This document shows, piece by piece, positions 40,501 to 53,358 of a stretch of 64,000 nucleotides of DNA (the first letter of the stretch is position 1; the number at the start of each line of letters is the position of its first letter). Source of the stretch: Bugula neritina (lineage: Eukaryota; Animalia; Bryozoa); contig OZ037772.1 in NCBI GenBank assembly GCA_964035545.1, forward strand, positions 1,302,001 through 1,366,000, written 5' to 3'. Both the position numbers and the translations under genes were made by a program. The notes below the pieces were generated by a model. It worked only from the letters and a program-made list of their open reading frames with translations, was not told where the DNA came from and searched no databases.

Positions 40501-43500
40501 ATATTCTCACTGTTATGTTGAATATTTAGTATATTTCATCCTTCAAGTGTCTGTTTCCTTGATAAGATGGTATAGGCATAGCTTTAACTCAGTGGTGTCT
40601 CACCTTTTTCATACCATCCTCCTTTTTATGATTATTTTCTATTAAGTTTCCGCCTTTTTGATAAAATTGTAATTTCATTTATAAAGAAAATCTTGGACAG
40701 GTTGTTTTCATAATAATTCATTGAGTGTAGAAAAAAGCACTTTGTGTTTGACATGAATTAGTGTCTGCCACAGCTTCAGTTCAGCTTTGAAAGCAGTGAT
40801 GCTGGTATTAAAAGCAGTGAGTTGATAATTATACTCATTCATTTTAGGTTCAGAGTTTTTAGTACAGCAAATATATCTACTAGGTATGCAGTAAATAGTT
40901 TATGGCGATCAGTTCTACTGACTACAAAAACTTCCTGTTTACTTTCAATAAATCTTTTAGCCTCCATTCGTAGTAGGAGGGGTAGCAGCTAGAGTAGAGT
41001 GAATATTAGACACATGGATGTAGAAGTAAACTTAGATTGTAGAGTGTAATGTGGATAAATAAATGAACTACATAAAATGAAGGAGTTATAGTTATACATA
41101 TTCATGTAACCTGGAACACAAGGCAAGAGCTCAAAAAGCTGATAACAAACTCTGTGAAATTTTAGAAATGAAAACCCCTAAAAAAGCTCAAATTTCCTGT
41201 GAAGGGGAAATTCCCCAAGGTTGAGAGCCACTGCTTTAATTTTTTCAACTATTTCATTCCAAGTGCAGTGATTAATGAGCTAACCTCTGACATCTTTCTA
41301 GTCCAACCAACTGTCTAGTTATCACATAGTATGTGTATAGTGATACATCATCTACCTGTAGGTACAGGTAGTAGGTGTAGAATAAGTACAATATCATATC
41401 TATAATAATGCTTTTATAAATAGTGTGATTTTATGTATACAGAGGAGACAGTAGCATCCCATGACTTGGCATCTTTGAGTGATTTGTCTTGTGAGTTACG
41501 AGAAAGTCTGACTGGTGGAATAGAGACTCTGTCTGAGAAAGTTGCAGAGTTGAATGACATCTCAAAGGATGCCTGGAAAGAACTGAGTAAAATAGAAGAT
41601 GAAGTGAAGAAGATGGTTGCCAGAGTAAACGCTGTAGCTGACGCTCAGGTATGCTGACATGGTGATGCCATGTAATATTATTTCTGTTTGTCTGAAATTG
41701 GAATTTGCATTTGGTCTTTGAGTTGTAATCAGAAATGAATTTTATTTGCCAGTAGAATTAACTGGCCATTAAAGTATTATCATTCTGTGTAAAAGTAGCA
41801 GTAGTCATTCATCACATGTTACTCAGTGCAGAGGAACCTGTCAATACAGATGACTCACTCATCCTTCTGCAACTGTCAATCACTCACACAGAGAGGTTGG
41901 CTGTGTGAGTGATTGACAGGTGTCAGGAGGAGGAGACTAGTCACGTGATGTACTAGCTCTCTGCTGTGTATAGAGTGTCACGTGACTGAGTCATTGTCCA
42001 CTCAGTGGGTGATCTGTCACTTTCATTTCGAGTGCAGAGGTTGTGAGGTGCAGATGTGGTTACACTGTGTTACTATTTATTAGATAGCAGAGATTAGAAA
42101 GAGAGCTACAAACCTGAGGCTAGAAATATATGGATATTTGAAGAGCTGCACACAGATAGTGGATAATTATAGAATAGAGCTGGCCTTGAGTAAGACGATG
42201 GGCAGACAGTCTCTGCTGGACACAGTACAACATGCAGTTGATAAGTTCAATGATGCAGGGATTGTGAGAGACTACAAAGAGATGAGTGAGAAGATGGAAA
42301 AGGCGTCAGATGTTGGTGTAATAGAGAAGTGTGTACTTCCAGACAGCATCTTGGTACCAACATGTAGGTGGAGTCTATAAATAGTAACACTAACTATAAA
42401 TAACTTTCTGCTTGTAATCATGTGAGTTGCTTTCACTGAATATTTTAATAGTAGAATAAGTAGATAGAGTTTATTTATTAGAGAATTGAGTTTTGTTCTA
42501 CTCTCACATTATGAGACATTTCTGCAGTGTTTCAGAGTTTATGATGTATAAGTGAGCTGCTAAACTGTGTTATGCTGACTACCTGCTGTCAGTATCAACA
42601 AGATATTCTCACTTAGACATGTGCCTCACGTAGCAACTTGTAGTAACTACAGACTGCTTGTATTTAAAACATCTTTTAATTTTAAGTTTGAAAAGCTGTT
42701 CCCACCTCCTCAGGTGATGAGATTCTCAAGTTATAGAATTGTTATTTTGTTGTTGCAGACAGTGAAGACAGTCTCGGACTGAAGCTGCTGCAGCCACCAG
42801 CTTCTCTGCAGTCTGATGGACTTCCTGTACGTGACTCGTGTTACACAGTAAACATCTCAGCTGATGGACATGTGATGTGTGGGACACTACAAGGTGTAGA
42901 AGTAATAAATAGAGACACTCTGGGTACTATCAGCTCAGTGAAACACACCAACACTACAGAGTGGCCGGAGATAATCCAACCTGAAGGGGTGATGGTTGGC
43001 AGCTGGTATAACGAAGAGGAGGAAACAGCTGAAGTCTCACTTCTTGATCCGAACTCCTTTGAGAAGACTCGCTCTCTCTACAGGCAGCCAGTAGATGGAC
43101 CCACTTACTATAGAATAACTCAACACGACTCACTGCTCTATATTGTAGACTGGAGAGAGAAACAGCTGGTAGTCTGTAATCTAGTTGACAATAAAATACA
43201 GAAGTTCCCACTTCCTGAGATGAAGAACCCTGCACCTGTATGCATCCTCCCAGACTCAACTCTCCTCATAGGAGACCGTGCTGCAGATGGTGCAGTGAGA
43301 AGATATAAAGTGGAGAACACAACTCTCTCTCTAATGTGGGAGTTTCCTCACATCTCATATCCATCTGGTATTTCCTTTGATCCAACATCTGAACTGATTC
43401 ACATCTGTACAGGGATGGGACCTCTCCTCATCCTCTCACTTGAAGGTAAATACTCTGTTTATTATAGTAAGTTTAGTTATTTTATATATAAGTATGTTGT

Positions 43501-44588
43501 AGTAAATAATATATTTTAATAATTAACAGTAAACAACTTCCACTCATAAGATATATTATGATATTGTTAGTATTTATCAAGTCACTGATGTTATTTTTAG
43601 CTAAAAGTTATGTAATAAAGACTGTAACATGCTGATAGTAGATGTTATATTCTTCATCACATGACTTGTAGCTAATAATAACATTAGTGAATAATACTGC
43701 CTCCCTGCAATAAGTTTCTTTCCAGCTGCAGTAACATGCAGGATGTAAGCACAGGTAAAAGTGTATATTATATTGTATAGGTTTAAGGTGTACTCTGTGT
43801 AGTGTGCAGTGAGCTCTTAGTAAACTCTCTATTCAGTCTTCCTTTCCAAGGGTTCACCTGGTAGTGTAGAGGATAGGGACTCCACCCTGCTAAGTGAGTT
43901 GGTGCTGCAAGGGGTTCAAACCCACCTATCAGCATGTCTAGTTAATATACTATGCAAGTGTTTTACAGTAATTTTAGAGGTGCTCAGTCTAACAACTGTA
44001 CAGACTGCCAGCTACACATGAGTTATGAGTTGTAGTTTGACTTCAGTCTAGTGCTGCTATTGTTTTGGTCATCAGATAATTTAAATATAAATAATTTGAT
44101 ACTTTTTGACTGCCATTACTGAGACTATGTAATTTGATGGTAGCTGGTAGAGCAGTGTTTGCTGGTGAGACTCAGGTGGCTGTGGTTGGTTCTTGTCAAG
44201 TATTTAATATGTGATAATGTTGGAGTAGCTGCAGTAGTAGTAATAAAAGTAGACATGTGGGTGTGTTCTCGCTCAGAGCCACAGGCTAAGTTTGTGGGTC
44301 AAGGTCAATACAGCTGTATAAGGAGACACTATTTTCTATTTGAGTATTTCCTTCATGCATACAACCTGCTTAGTTCCATCTTTAAAGGCAGTCTGTCTGT
44401 TTCTCTCAATACACACCAACTGATACAATATGATGCTATTATTTACAGGTCAACTGGTGCTTACTGTTCCCAGAGAAAGTCTTGGTGTTAGTGACTGGGT
44501 GGTGTTTGACATTGCTGTGTATAACAGAGACACAGTGTTTCTAGCATGTGGAGAAGGTGGACTGAGGAGATACACAATAAAATACTAA
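37343..44588 (+). CDS. TRIM-like E3 ubiquitin ligase: RING, B-box1, B-box2, coiled coil, NHL-like beta-propeller; 7 coding exons, 621 aa
   Basis: join(37343-37524, 39771-39951, 40149-40338, 41443-41648, 42084-42363, 42759-43445, 44449-44588) = 1866 nt. All introns GT-AG, phases consistent, no internal stop. C3HC4 RING CGYC..PRTLPCLHVYCMRC..CAYC; AATAAA at 44766. Confidence 0.9.
37832..38342 (+). mobile_element. hAT MITE, older copy
   Basis: Termini cagtcattcctaacc / ggttgggaaccactg; degenerate TSD tgttagag/tgttgaat; similar to 40590-41233. Confidence 0.65.
39771..39951 (+). CDS. TRIM-like gene exon 2 (B-box 1)
   Basis: CDVCKGGTQAAVFCLESQKKLCQQHQE; ttgtag acceptor and GTGAGT donor. Confidence 0.88.
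40149..40338 (+). CDS. TRIM-like gene exon 3 (B-box 2)
   Basis: CEHHKQEQLTEVCSTCHQIFCMRC; phase 0 to 1. Confidence 0.88.
40590..41233 (+). mobile_element. hAT MITE in TRIM intron 3
   Basis: Termini cagtggtgtctcacc / ggttgagagccactg; 8-bp TSD ctttaact/ctttaatt. Confidence 0.8.
41443..41648 (+). CDS. TRIM-like gene exon 4 (coiled coil)
   Basis: SHDLASLSDLSCELRESL...EVKKMVARVNAVADAQ; phase 1 to 0. Confidence 0.88.
42084..42363 (+). CDS. TRIM-like gene exon 5 (coiled coil/linker)
   Basis: IAEIRKRATNLRLEIYGYLKSC...; phase 0 to 1. Confidence 0.86.
42759..43445 (+). CDS. TRIM-like gene exon 6 (beta-propeller)
   Basis: Contains LYIVDW..LVV, PAPVCILPDSTLLIGD and PSGISFDPTSELIHIC, which are NHL-like blades. 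Confidence 0.9.
43858..43932 (+). mobile_element. tRNA-derived SINE-like remnant
   Basis: A-box-like tagtgtagagg and B-box-like ggttcaaacc at tRNA-like spacing; no complete cloverleaf. Confidence 0.35.
44449..44588 (+). CDS. TRIM-like gene terminal exon 7
   Basis: GQLVLTVPRESLGVSDWVVFDIAVYNRDTVFLACGEGGLRRYTIKY*. Confidence 0.88.
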
Positions 44589-46154
44589 ACTTATCAGCTA
44601 CACTTTACTAATAATCAGCTCAGTGAGGTACTGAGAGATAAACTAGATAATATTTGTCATCAACATAGTTGGATTCATTACAATTCATCATTACACACAC
44701 TCTGTATTTATAGTTAGATATGAGATGTTTTACTGTATCAAATATATGTTGCCATTTTACTATCTAATAAAGTTTATTTGTTAGCGAAAATATAGTCTGT
44801 TTTCATGCCTCATTAGCTTTAGTTCAAGTTGAGTTCGGTTACTAAAAATAATCTATACTGGAGCAGTAACTGTAAATGACTTGTTTGTGGGAGAATTTAT
44901 TCACTGAATTGACATGCAGGTGCAAGTAACTCCAACATGACTAAGTAAATTTAATCCAACCATTCATAATAATATACATTCAACTGCTGTGTATACAACA
45001 GCATTGAGTAGCCAATCAAATTGTTTCTTGTCATGCAATCAGGAATCTGATAAATAATATATAAGGCAATCAGCTAGATATAAACACTGTATTACTCTAC
45101 ACATGAGCTGTCTGTGATGCAGCTGCTTTGTAAACGGTGTGTAATTTGATGAGTTTAGTTCAATTGGTTGCAGTTTAATTATGACATGTTCACCATTATG
45201 TAATATTAGAGGACAACTCCTATCCAGTGTGCAGTGGTAGTATACTATTAGTCAAAGGGAGTGCTCAGTATAATATAAATAGCTGACCTCTCCTACACCA
45301 ACACTCCTGAACACCAGCTAGACGACAAGAACTCTTGAACACCACTCAGGTTAAGGGACTCCACCCAGGCACCCCTGAACACCATCCAAGGCAGACGTGT
45401 TCTGGATCACAGTCTTAACTCCTCACAGACTAAGACAGGAGCTGGAGTCATCCTCACAGCCAAGCAACCCATGCCAATATACCAACCCTAGCTAACCTGA
45501 ATACTACAACTTATATATTATAGTATAATTCGGAATAACACCAAAGTAGCATATTTCTGTTACAATAACATTAATAATAAACAGATAAATTATATATTTA
45601 CTGATTCAATCACTATTTGAGTTTTCAAATTGAAATTCAATAAGAGACATCAGCAAGTAATAATCATATGTTATGTAATAATACATGCAACAAAAAGGCA
45701 TCACTATAAAATTTAACAAAATGTATTAGCAGTTATCTATACTGAGATTATAATGTAATAATAATGTTGTATAAAGTACTAAACTATCAACCCCTCTCTC
45801 ATATTATTATTTAACCTTTGACCTACAAACAATGATTTCTTGTTGCTATACTGTCTTTTTTTTAGTTGGCTCATAGAAACAGTTACAATCTAACAATGTA
45901 GTGTTGATACAAATCAGAGAATCTAAGCTCAACAATAAAACATAAGAAATAAATATCCTCAATATCCTAAGGAATATTCCAGAGAACACTGCAGGCTAAG
46001 CTAAGATATTTTACAACTACATGCAGTTGACATCTCTTCATGAATTGTGGACCATTTTGGTGCTTCTGTGTGCACAGACAAGTTGTAATGACTCTAACAG
46101 AAACTTTCTCAGTAGGTTTCAGTTCATCTTGAATATAGTACAGCTTGTTGTCAT

Positions 46155-46303
46155 TTGGCCTCAATATTATTGATGGTACACTACCTTGTTTGGCCTCAAT
46201 AGTATTGATGGTAGACTACCTTGTTTGGCCTCAATATTATTGATGGTACACTACCTAGTTTGGCCTCAACAGCATTAATGGTACAATACCTTGTTTGGCC
46301 TCA
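46155..46303. repeat. 35-bp minisatellite, ~4 copies
   Basis: Unit ttggcctcaatattattgatggtacactaccttgt. Confidence 0.9.
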
Positions 46304-46949
46304 TTAGTCTCGCTAATATAAAATTAACAGCACAACTTGCAAGATTTAACTAATTGAACTTGGTTCATATTATGATGTTAATATGCTGACATTTATAACC
46401 TCTGATATATTTCTATGTTTATAACCTATCAATATGCTCTGATCTACAGTCTTTATTGCCATTCAAGGTGTTGCTCACTGCTGGTCAACCCCATTAACCC
46501 CCAACTTACTGTCTACATAGAAAACTGTCTACTCTCCCTCCATGGTACATAGCTCATACAATGTGTATATTGATTTGCTTTGGCACATTCATTACATAAA
46601 ACACCAGCCATTGTGCTAAAAGTAGAGTTTTGTTGTAGTCTCACATATTGGAACATGGCCTTAAGATTTGTAGTTTCTGAGGCTTTTATTAAGCTAATGC
46701 AAGAGAAAATTGCTAAGAATTTTCTGCAGTGAATCTTTTTATACACATTACTTATGAAATGCATATCTGTGGAATACTTGATCTACTCTGTATCATATAA
46801 ACTAACTTACACACAAGTTATATACAGCTACTACTTGATAGGGAAGTAATAGACTTACACTAACAGAGTTATTGACATGAAAAAGTAAATAATATTTAAA
46901 TTGTGATGACTAAGTAAGTGGATGAGTCATAAACCAGTCAAAAAATAAT

Positions 46950-47930
46950 TTTTACAAACAAACTTTATTGAGTGAATGTGACTACAGAGTCTTGACAACA
47001 TAGCAGAGTAAATATGTTACATAATCATTACTATCAACATCAAATACTGCATATAAGCAGTGCAAGTCCTGTGGAATATATAATATTATACTGTGAGTAG
47101 AACACAATATATTATATTTGACATGTACTATTGATGACCTCACTGAGCTGATTATTAGTAAACTGTAGCTGATAAGTTTAGTATTTTATTGTGTATCTCC
47201 TCAGTCCACCATCTTCACATGCTAGAAACACTGTGTCTCTGTTATACACAGCAATGTCCCACACCCAGCCACTAACACCAAGACTTTCTTTGGGAATTGT
47301 TACCATCAGTTCACCTTTAAAAAAATTTAATGTCAGATTGAATCAGTTTGAGACAAACAGACAGACTACAGTGACATCACAATAGCTGACACCACTACAA
47401 GCAAGTTTCTACTTTCTAGTATAATATAGTAACTGAAATATATTCGATAATAATACAATAAATTTCAAATATATTTCTCACTCAGAAAGACTTCCTTTAA
47501 AGATGCAACTAAGCAGATTATGTTGAAGATAATAAAGTTCTACCAGTCAGTATTGAATAATTCACTGAGCTGCTCTACTGTTTACTTCATAATAAATGAC
47601 AACATGGAGAGACTCAACATAGAAATTTACCCCCTCAGCAAATATGATTATACAGGAGAGAAGATATACAATATAAGTATTACATACATGAAGTAAATAT
47701 TCTAACAGAAAATAGTGTCTCATTATACAACTGCATTGACCTTGACCCACAAACTTAGCCTGTGGCTCTTATATAGAACACACCCACATGTCTACTTCTA
47801 ATAATACTGCTACTGCAGCTACTCCAACATTATCACATATTAAATACTTGACAAGAACCAACCACGCACCTGAGTTCAACCAGCAAACACTGCTCTACCA
47901 GCCACCATCAAATTACAGTAGTCTCAGCAA
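46950..47930 (-). pseudogene. Inverted fragment of a TRIM paralogue (last intron part, terminal exon 47178-47314, 3' UTR)
   Basis: The reverse complement encodes GELMVTIPKESLGVSGWVWDIAVYNRDTVFLACEDGGLRRYTIKY*. Intron sequence 47690-47930 matches 44112-44360. No upstream exons were found. Confidence 0.85.
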
Positions 47931-47934
47931 TAAT

Positions 47935-48285
47935 TACATAACATAAGATATATTACATAATATAAGATATATTACATAATATAAGATATATTACATAATA
48001 TAAAATATATTACATAATATAATATATATTACACAATATAAGATATATTACATGATATAGGATATATTACATAATATAAGATATATTACATGATATAAGA
48101 TATATCACATAATATAAGATATATTACATGATATAAGATATATTACATAATATAAGATATATTACATAATATAAGATATATTACATAATATAAGATATAT
48201 TACACAATATAAGATATATTACATAATATAAGATATATTACATAATATAAGATATATTACATAATATAAGATATATTACATAATA
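47935..48285. repeat. 19-bp minisatellite, ~18 copies
   Basis: Unit acataatataagatatatt. Confidence 0.95.
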
Positions 48286-48439
48286 ATTATATACTCTTTC
48301 TATAATGTATAATCTTGCATACACATACAGCCATTAAAACCTCTTGCCATTTAGTTTAAGTTTATCAATTTAGACACAAAATGCATTTGATCTTCAGTCC
48401 CATGACTGTCAAAACAACATATTTCACATTCATTGGTTA

Positions 48440-48862
48440 TGGGTCATTTTACTTAATTTAGTACACACTGGATATCTTCAGCTTTTGGCTATTTTTCGCA
48501 ATTTAGCTAATAATGAACATGGTTTTTTGGCCAAAACTAGTAAAACACCAATAAATACACTTAAATAATCAAAGTTATTTTTAATTTTGCTTCATTTCCC
48601 ATGTTTTTCCCTAATTATTCAGCTAGTTTTGGTTATGGTCCGTTAAGGTTTTTTCGTAACGGTCGCACATATAGAATATTAAGTGCATATGACAATGACC
48701 TGTGCTGTAATGTTGGGGAATCCCCTCCCAGCCTTTTATGTTATGCGTAGTTAAAACCAGCACATAAAAATACCATGTATAGTGAATTTCAATTGATTTT
48801 GAGCAAACTTTAATGTTAGGGCATAAGTTGCTGGTGTGTACTAAATGAAGTAAACTGACTCT
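48440..48862. mobile_element. TA-flanked MITE (same terminal family as 54692-54872)
   Basis: tgggtcattttacttaatttagtacacac / gtgtgtactaaatgaagtaaactgactct, TA on both sides. Confidence 0.65.
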
Positions 48863-48937
48863 TATACAAGAGATTGTTTCCCCATTAATAGCAGCGTTAC
48901 TCTAAATTGAAAAAAAAACTATAAAGTTATCAGCTAA

Positions 48938-49188
48938 TTGAACAGAGTCATCTAAAGGATGTAGATATAGAATAAGTATATTGAATAGAGTCATCTAAAG
49001 GGTATAGATATAGAATAAGTTAATTGAATAGAGTCATCTAAAGGGTATAGATGTAGAATAAGTTAATTGAATAGAATCATCTAAAGGGTATAGATATAGA
49101 ATGAGTATATTGAATAGAGTCATCTAAAGGGTATAGATATAGAATAAGTATATTGAATAGAGTCATCTAAAGGGTATAGATATAGAAT
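48938..49188. repeat. 42-43-bp minisatellite, ~6 copies
   Basis: Unit tgaatagagtcatctaaagggtatagatatagaataagtatat. Confidence 0.92.
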
Positions 49189-49621
49189 GGTAACCACAGA
49201 CATCAGAAGAAGCAGAAGACACTTTCTACCACCAGACGTACCTCTTTGAAGGGAAGCTCCCCGAGTAGGAATTGTCCCATCATGACCATGCGGGCCACCC
49301 AGAAGAAGAGAATATCCAGTCCAGTCTCTAGCAGAGTACCCGGGTAGTAGGCTTGCAGGTCGGGGTGTTATCTGGCCACCCCATAGTCTAGAAAGGAAAT
49401 ATTCCGGAACTAAACCAAGTGTCCAGCACATTTTCATCTGTATAAAAGGCAGGAAATGGAACATTGTTTGGAGTTGTCTTCTCTGACAAACTGAAACTGG
49501 GGTTAATTTACTCAAAGGAAATGTCTAGTCCGTGAACAAGAGAAAGTAAATTATCAATAAGTAGTTAGAGAAATGTAGCTCGCTGCTTTACTATAAAGGA
49601 GAAGAGAAAGTTGGAGGTGTG

Positions 49622-50112
49622 TACATACTCAATACATACTCAATACATACTCAATATATACTCAATACATACTCAATATATACTCAATACATACTCAATA
49701 CATACTCAATACATACTCAATACATACTCAATATATACTCAATACATACTCAATATATACTCAATATATACTCAATATATACTTAATACATACTCAATAT
49801 ATACTCAATATTTACTCAATATATACTTAATACATACTCAATACATACTCAATATATACTCAATATATACTCAATACATACTCAATACATACTCAATATA
49901 TACTCAATATATACTTAATACATACTTAATATATACTCGATATATACTCAATACATACTCAATACATACTCAATATATACTCAATATATACTCAATACAT
50001 ACTCAATACATACTCAATATTTACTCAATATATACTTAATACATACTCGATATATACTCAATACATACTCAATACATACTCAATATATACTCAATATATA
50101 CTCAACATATAC
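49622..50112. repeat. 11-bp minisatellite, ~44 copies; further blocks at 50381-50543 and 51594-51757
   Basis: Unit tactcaata(c/t)a; explains ORF 49611-50039. Confidence 0.95.
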
Positions 50113-50717
50113 TTGAGCTGTCAGATGAAATAGAATTACCCTGGCTAAGACTGATGACATTTGGATGTACGTTAAACTTTATTGCTGCCTTTGACAGCGC
50201 TTCATGATAGGATCTGCCAGTCACCCAGTAGTTGATGTCACTAAACTATGTAAAATATATAGAGGTTAAAAGGTCACTAGACTATGTAAAATATATAGAG
50301 GTCAAGAGGTCACTAGACTATCACGGGCTTTCCATGTATCAATCTCACTGAGATCGATACATGGAAAGCCCGTGATAGTCCAATACATACTCAATACATA
50401 CTCAATATATACTCAATACATACTCAATATATACTCAACATATACTCAATATATACTCAATACATACTCAATACATACTCAATATATACTCAACATATAC
50501 TCAATATATACTCAATACATACTCAATACATACTCAACATATACTTGAGCTGTCAGATGAAAGAGAATTACCCTGGCTAAGACTGATGACATTTGGATGT
50601 ACGTTAAACTTAATTGCTGCCTTTGACAGCGCTTCATGATAGGATCTGCCAGTCACCCAGTAGTTGATGTCACTAAACTATGTAAAATATATAGAGGTTA
50701 AAAGGTCACTAGACTAT

Positions 50718-51495
50718 CACCGGCTTTCCATGTACCGATCTCAGGGAGATCGATCCATGGAAAGATGTCAAAGATCGATCTCAGTCGTTCTGAGCTGGTC
50801 GGTCTGTAGAGCTCGAACTCAGATCGATCTCAGTGAGATCGATCCATGGAAAGACTCCAGATCGATCTGAGAAGTAGAAAAAGACTGTTCGCTAAAATGT
50901 TGTCTGCTGATAAAAATGACAACTTATTGATAATTACTAAGCAAATTACTTAATAATTACGATAGCCACATTTTCAGATGCCAAAACTTTGACTTTCAGT
51001 ACTATGATTAAAAAAACTCAATTATATAAAATTATAGTCCATAGAAATTACAAAAAATTGGAGCATTTAAATTGAATTTAAATGACTAGTAAAACTTACT
51101 TTCATTAGTTATTTGCTGCGTAATTTCAAGCTTAACAATCCTGTAAGTTTATGAATAATCTGCAAGATAGCTATTAATTTTATTTAAGCTGTTGAGCTAA
51201 AAAATTAAAAGTGATTATCTTAAATTGGCTATATTACTTTACACTAAAAGCTTTGTTGCGTATTGTTTACAAGCACCATTAATTTTTAGACATCAACAAT
51301 CTTGTTTTTTAACCTCAGCAGCTTTAATCATCCAGATTTGTGAACAAATTATACTATTAAAGTACTCTTCACTTAAGAGGAGGCAACTCTGTGAGATCAA
51401 TCTGACACTTCTCATGGAAAAACGATCGATCTGAGAGGTATGCTCAGATCGATCTCAGCGAGATCGATCTGAGATCGGTACATGGAAAGCCGGTG
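50718..51495 (+). mobile_element. CAC...GTG-ended non-autonomous DNA transposon (CMC/CACTA-Chapaev-like), copy A, 778 bp
   Basis: TIR caccggctttccatgtaccgatctc / gagatcggtacatggaaagccggtg; 3-bp TSD tat; GATC-rich subterminal repeats. Confidence 0.85.
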
Positions 51496-51966
51496 TATGT
51501 AAAATATATAGAGGTCAAGAGGTCACTAGACTATCACGGGCTTTCCATGTATCAATCTCACTGAGATCGATACATGGAAAGCCCGTGATAGTCCAATACA
51601 TACTCAATACATACTCAATATATACTCAATACATACTCAATATATACTCAACATATACTCAATATATACTCAATACATACTCAATACATACTCAATATAT
51701 ACTCAACATATACTCAATATATACTCAATACATACTCAATACATACTCAACATATACTTGAGCTGTCAGATGAAAGAGAATTACCCTGGCTAAGACTGAT
51801 GACATTTGGATGTACGTTAAACTTTATTGCTGCCTTTGACAGCGCTTCATGATAGGATCTGCCAGTCACCCAGTAGTTGTTGTCACTAGACTATGTAAAA
51901 TATATAGAGGTCAAGAGGTCACTAGACTATGTGAAATATATAGAGGTCAAGAGGTCACTGGACTAT

Positions 51967-52393
51967 CACGGGCTTTCCATGTATCGATCTCAGATCGATC
52001 TAAGAAATGTGCTCAGAGCGTCAGATAGATCTCACGGAGTTACCTCCTCTTATGTGAAAGATACTTTAACAGTATAATTTGCTCACCAATCTGACTGATT
52101 AAAGCTACTGCTGTCAAAAACAAGATTGTTGCAGTCTAAATTTAATGCCAGCTATAAACTATACTATAATTTTATATAATCGAGTTTTCTTAATCATCGT
52201 ACTGAAAGTCAAAGTTTGGCATCTGAAAATATGACTATCATAATTAATAGGTAATTTGCTGAGTAATTATCAATAACTTATCAGTTTTATTAGCAGACAG
52301 CATTTTAGCGAACATTTATTTTTCTACTTCTCAGATCATCTTTCGTCTTTCCATGGTCTTATTGCCTTGAGATCGATCCATGGAAAGCCGGTG
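51967..52393 (-). mobile_element. Same family, copy B, internally deleted, opposite orientation
   Basis: cacgggctttccatg...catggaaagccggtg; tat on both sides; interior is the reverse complement of part of copy A. Confidence 0.82.
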
Positions 52394-52594
52394 TATGTAC
52401 AAGATGAAGAGGTAAAAAGGTCACCAGACTATGTACAAAATATAAAGGTCAAGAGGCTATCACCGGCTTTCCATGTACCGATCTCAGATCGATCTCAGCG
52501 AGATCGATCTGAGATCGGTACATGGAAAGCCCGTGAATGTAAAATATACAGATGTCAAGAGGTCACTGAGCTATGATGAACAATGTACAATATA

Positions 52595-53358
52595 CACCGG
52601 CTTTCCATGGACCGATCTCAGATCGATCTCACCGAGATCGATCCATGGAAAAACGCCAAAGATCTGAGCTGGTCGGTCTGTGGAGCTCGAACTCAGATCG
52701 ATCTCATGTTAATAAGACCATGGAAAGACGCCAGATCGATTTGAGAAGTAGAAAAAGACTGCGCGCTACAATGTTGTCTGCTAATAAAAATGATAACTTG
52801 TTGATAATTACTAAGCAAATTATTAAATAATTATGATAGCCACTTTTTCAGATGCCAGAACTTTGACTTTCAGTACAATGATTAAAAAAACTCATTTATA
52901 TGCAGTAGAAGGTAAAAAAAAATTGGAGAATTTAAATTGAATTTAAATGACTATTAAAACTTAGATTCATTAGCTATTTTCTTTGTAATTTTAAGCCTAA
53001 CAGTCGTGTAAGTTTATTAATAATCTGCAAGACAGCCATTAATTTTATATAAGCTGTCAAGCTAAAAAATTAAAATTAATTATTTCAAATTGGTCAAATT
53101 ACCATACACTGAAAGCTTTGCTGCGTATAGTTTAGAGCTGGGAATAAATTTTAGACTACGACTATCTTGTTTTCAACAGTAGTGGCTTTAATCACTCAAA
53201 TAGGTAAACAAATTATACTTTTAAAGTATCCTTCACTTAAGAGGAGGCAACTTCGCTAGATCGATCTGACACTCTCATGGAAAAACGATCGATCTGAGCA
53301 CATTTCTCAGATCGATCTCAGCGAGATCGATCTGAGATCGGTACATGGCAAGCCCGTG
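52595..53358 (+). mobile_element. Same family, copy C (764 bp); mini copies at 50322-50374, 51535-51587, 52461-52535, 53364-53461
   Basis: Collinear with copy A but clearly diverged; same termini. Confidence 0.82.

Noticed and set aside
45199-45540. TG...CA segment with a TATA box as a possible solo LTR
   Set aside because: No convincing TSD and no second copy in the window.
49120-49515. 131-aa minus-strand ORF
   Set aside because: An off-frame reading of the frameshifted VARS exon 49242-49437.
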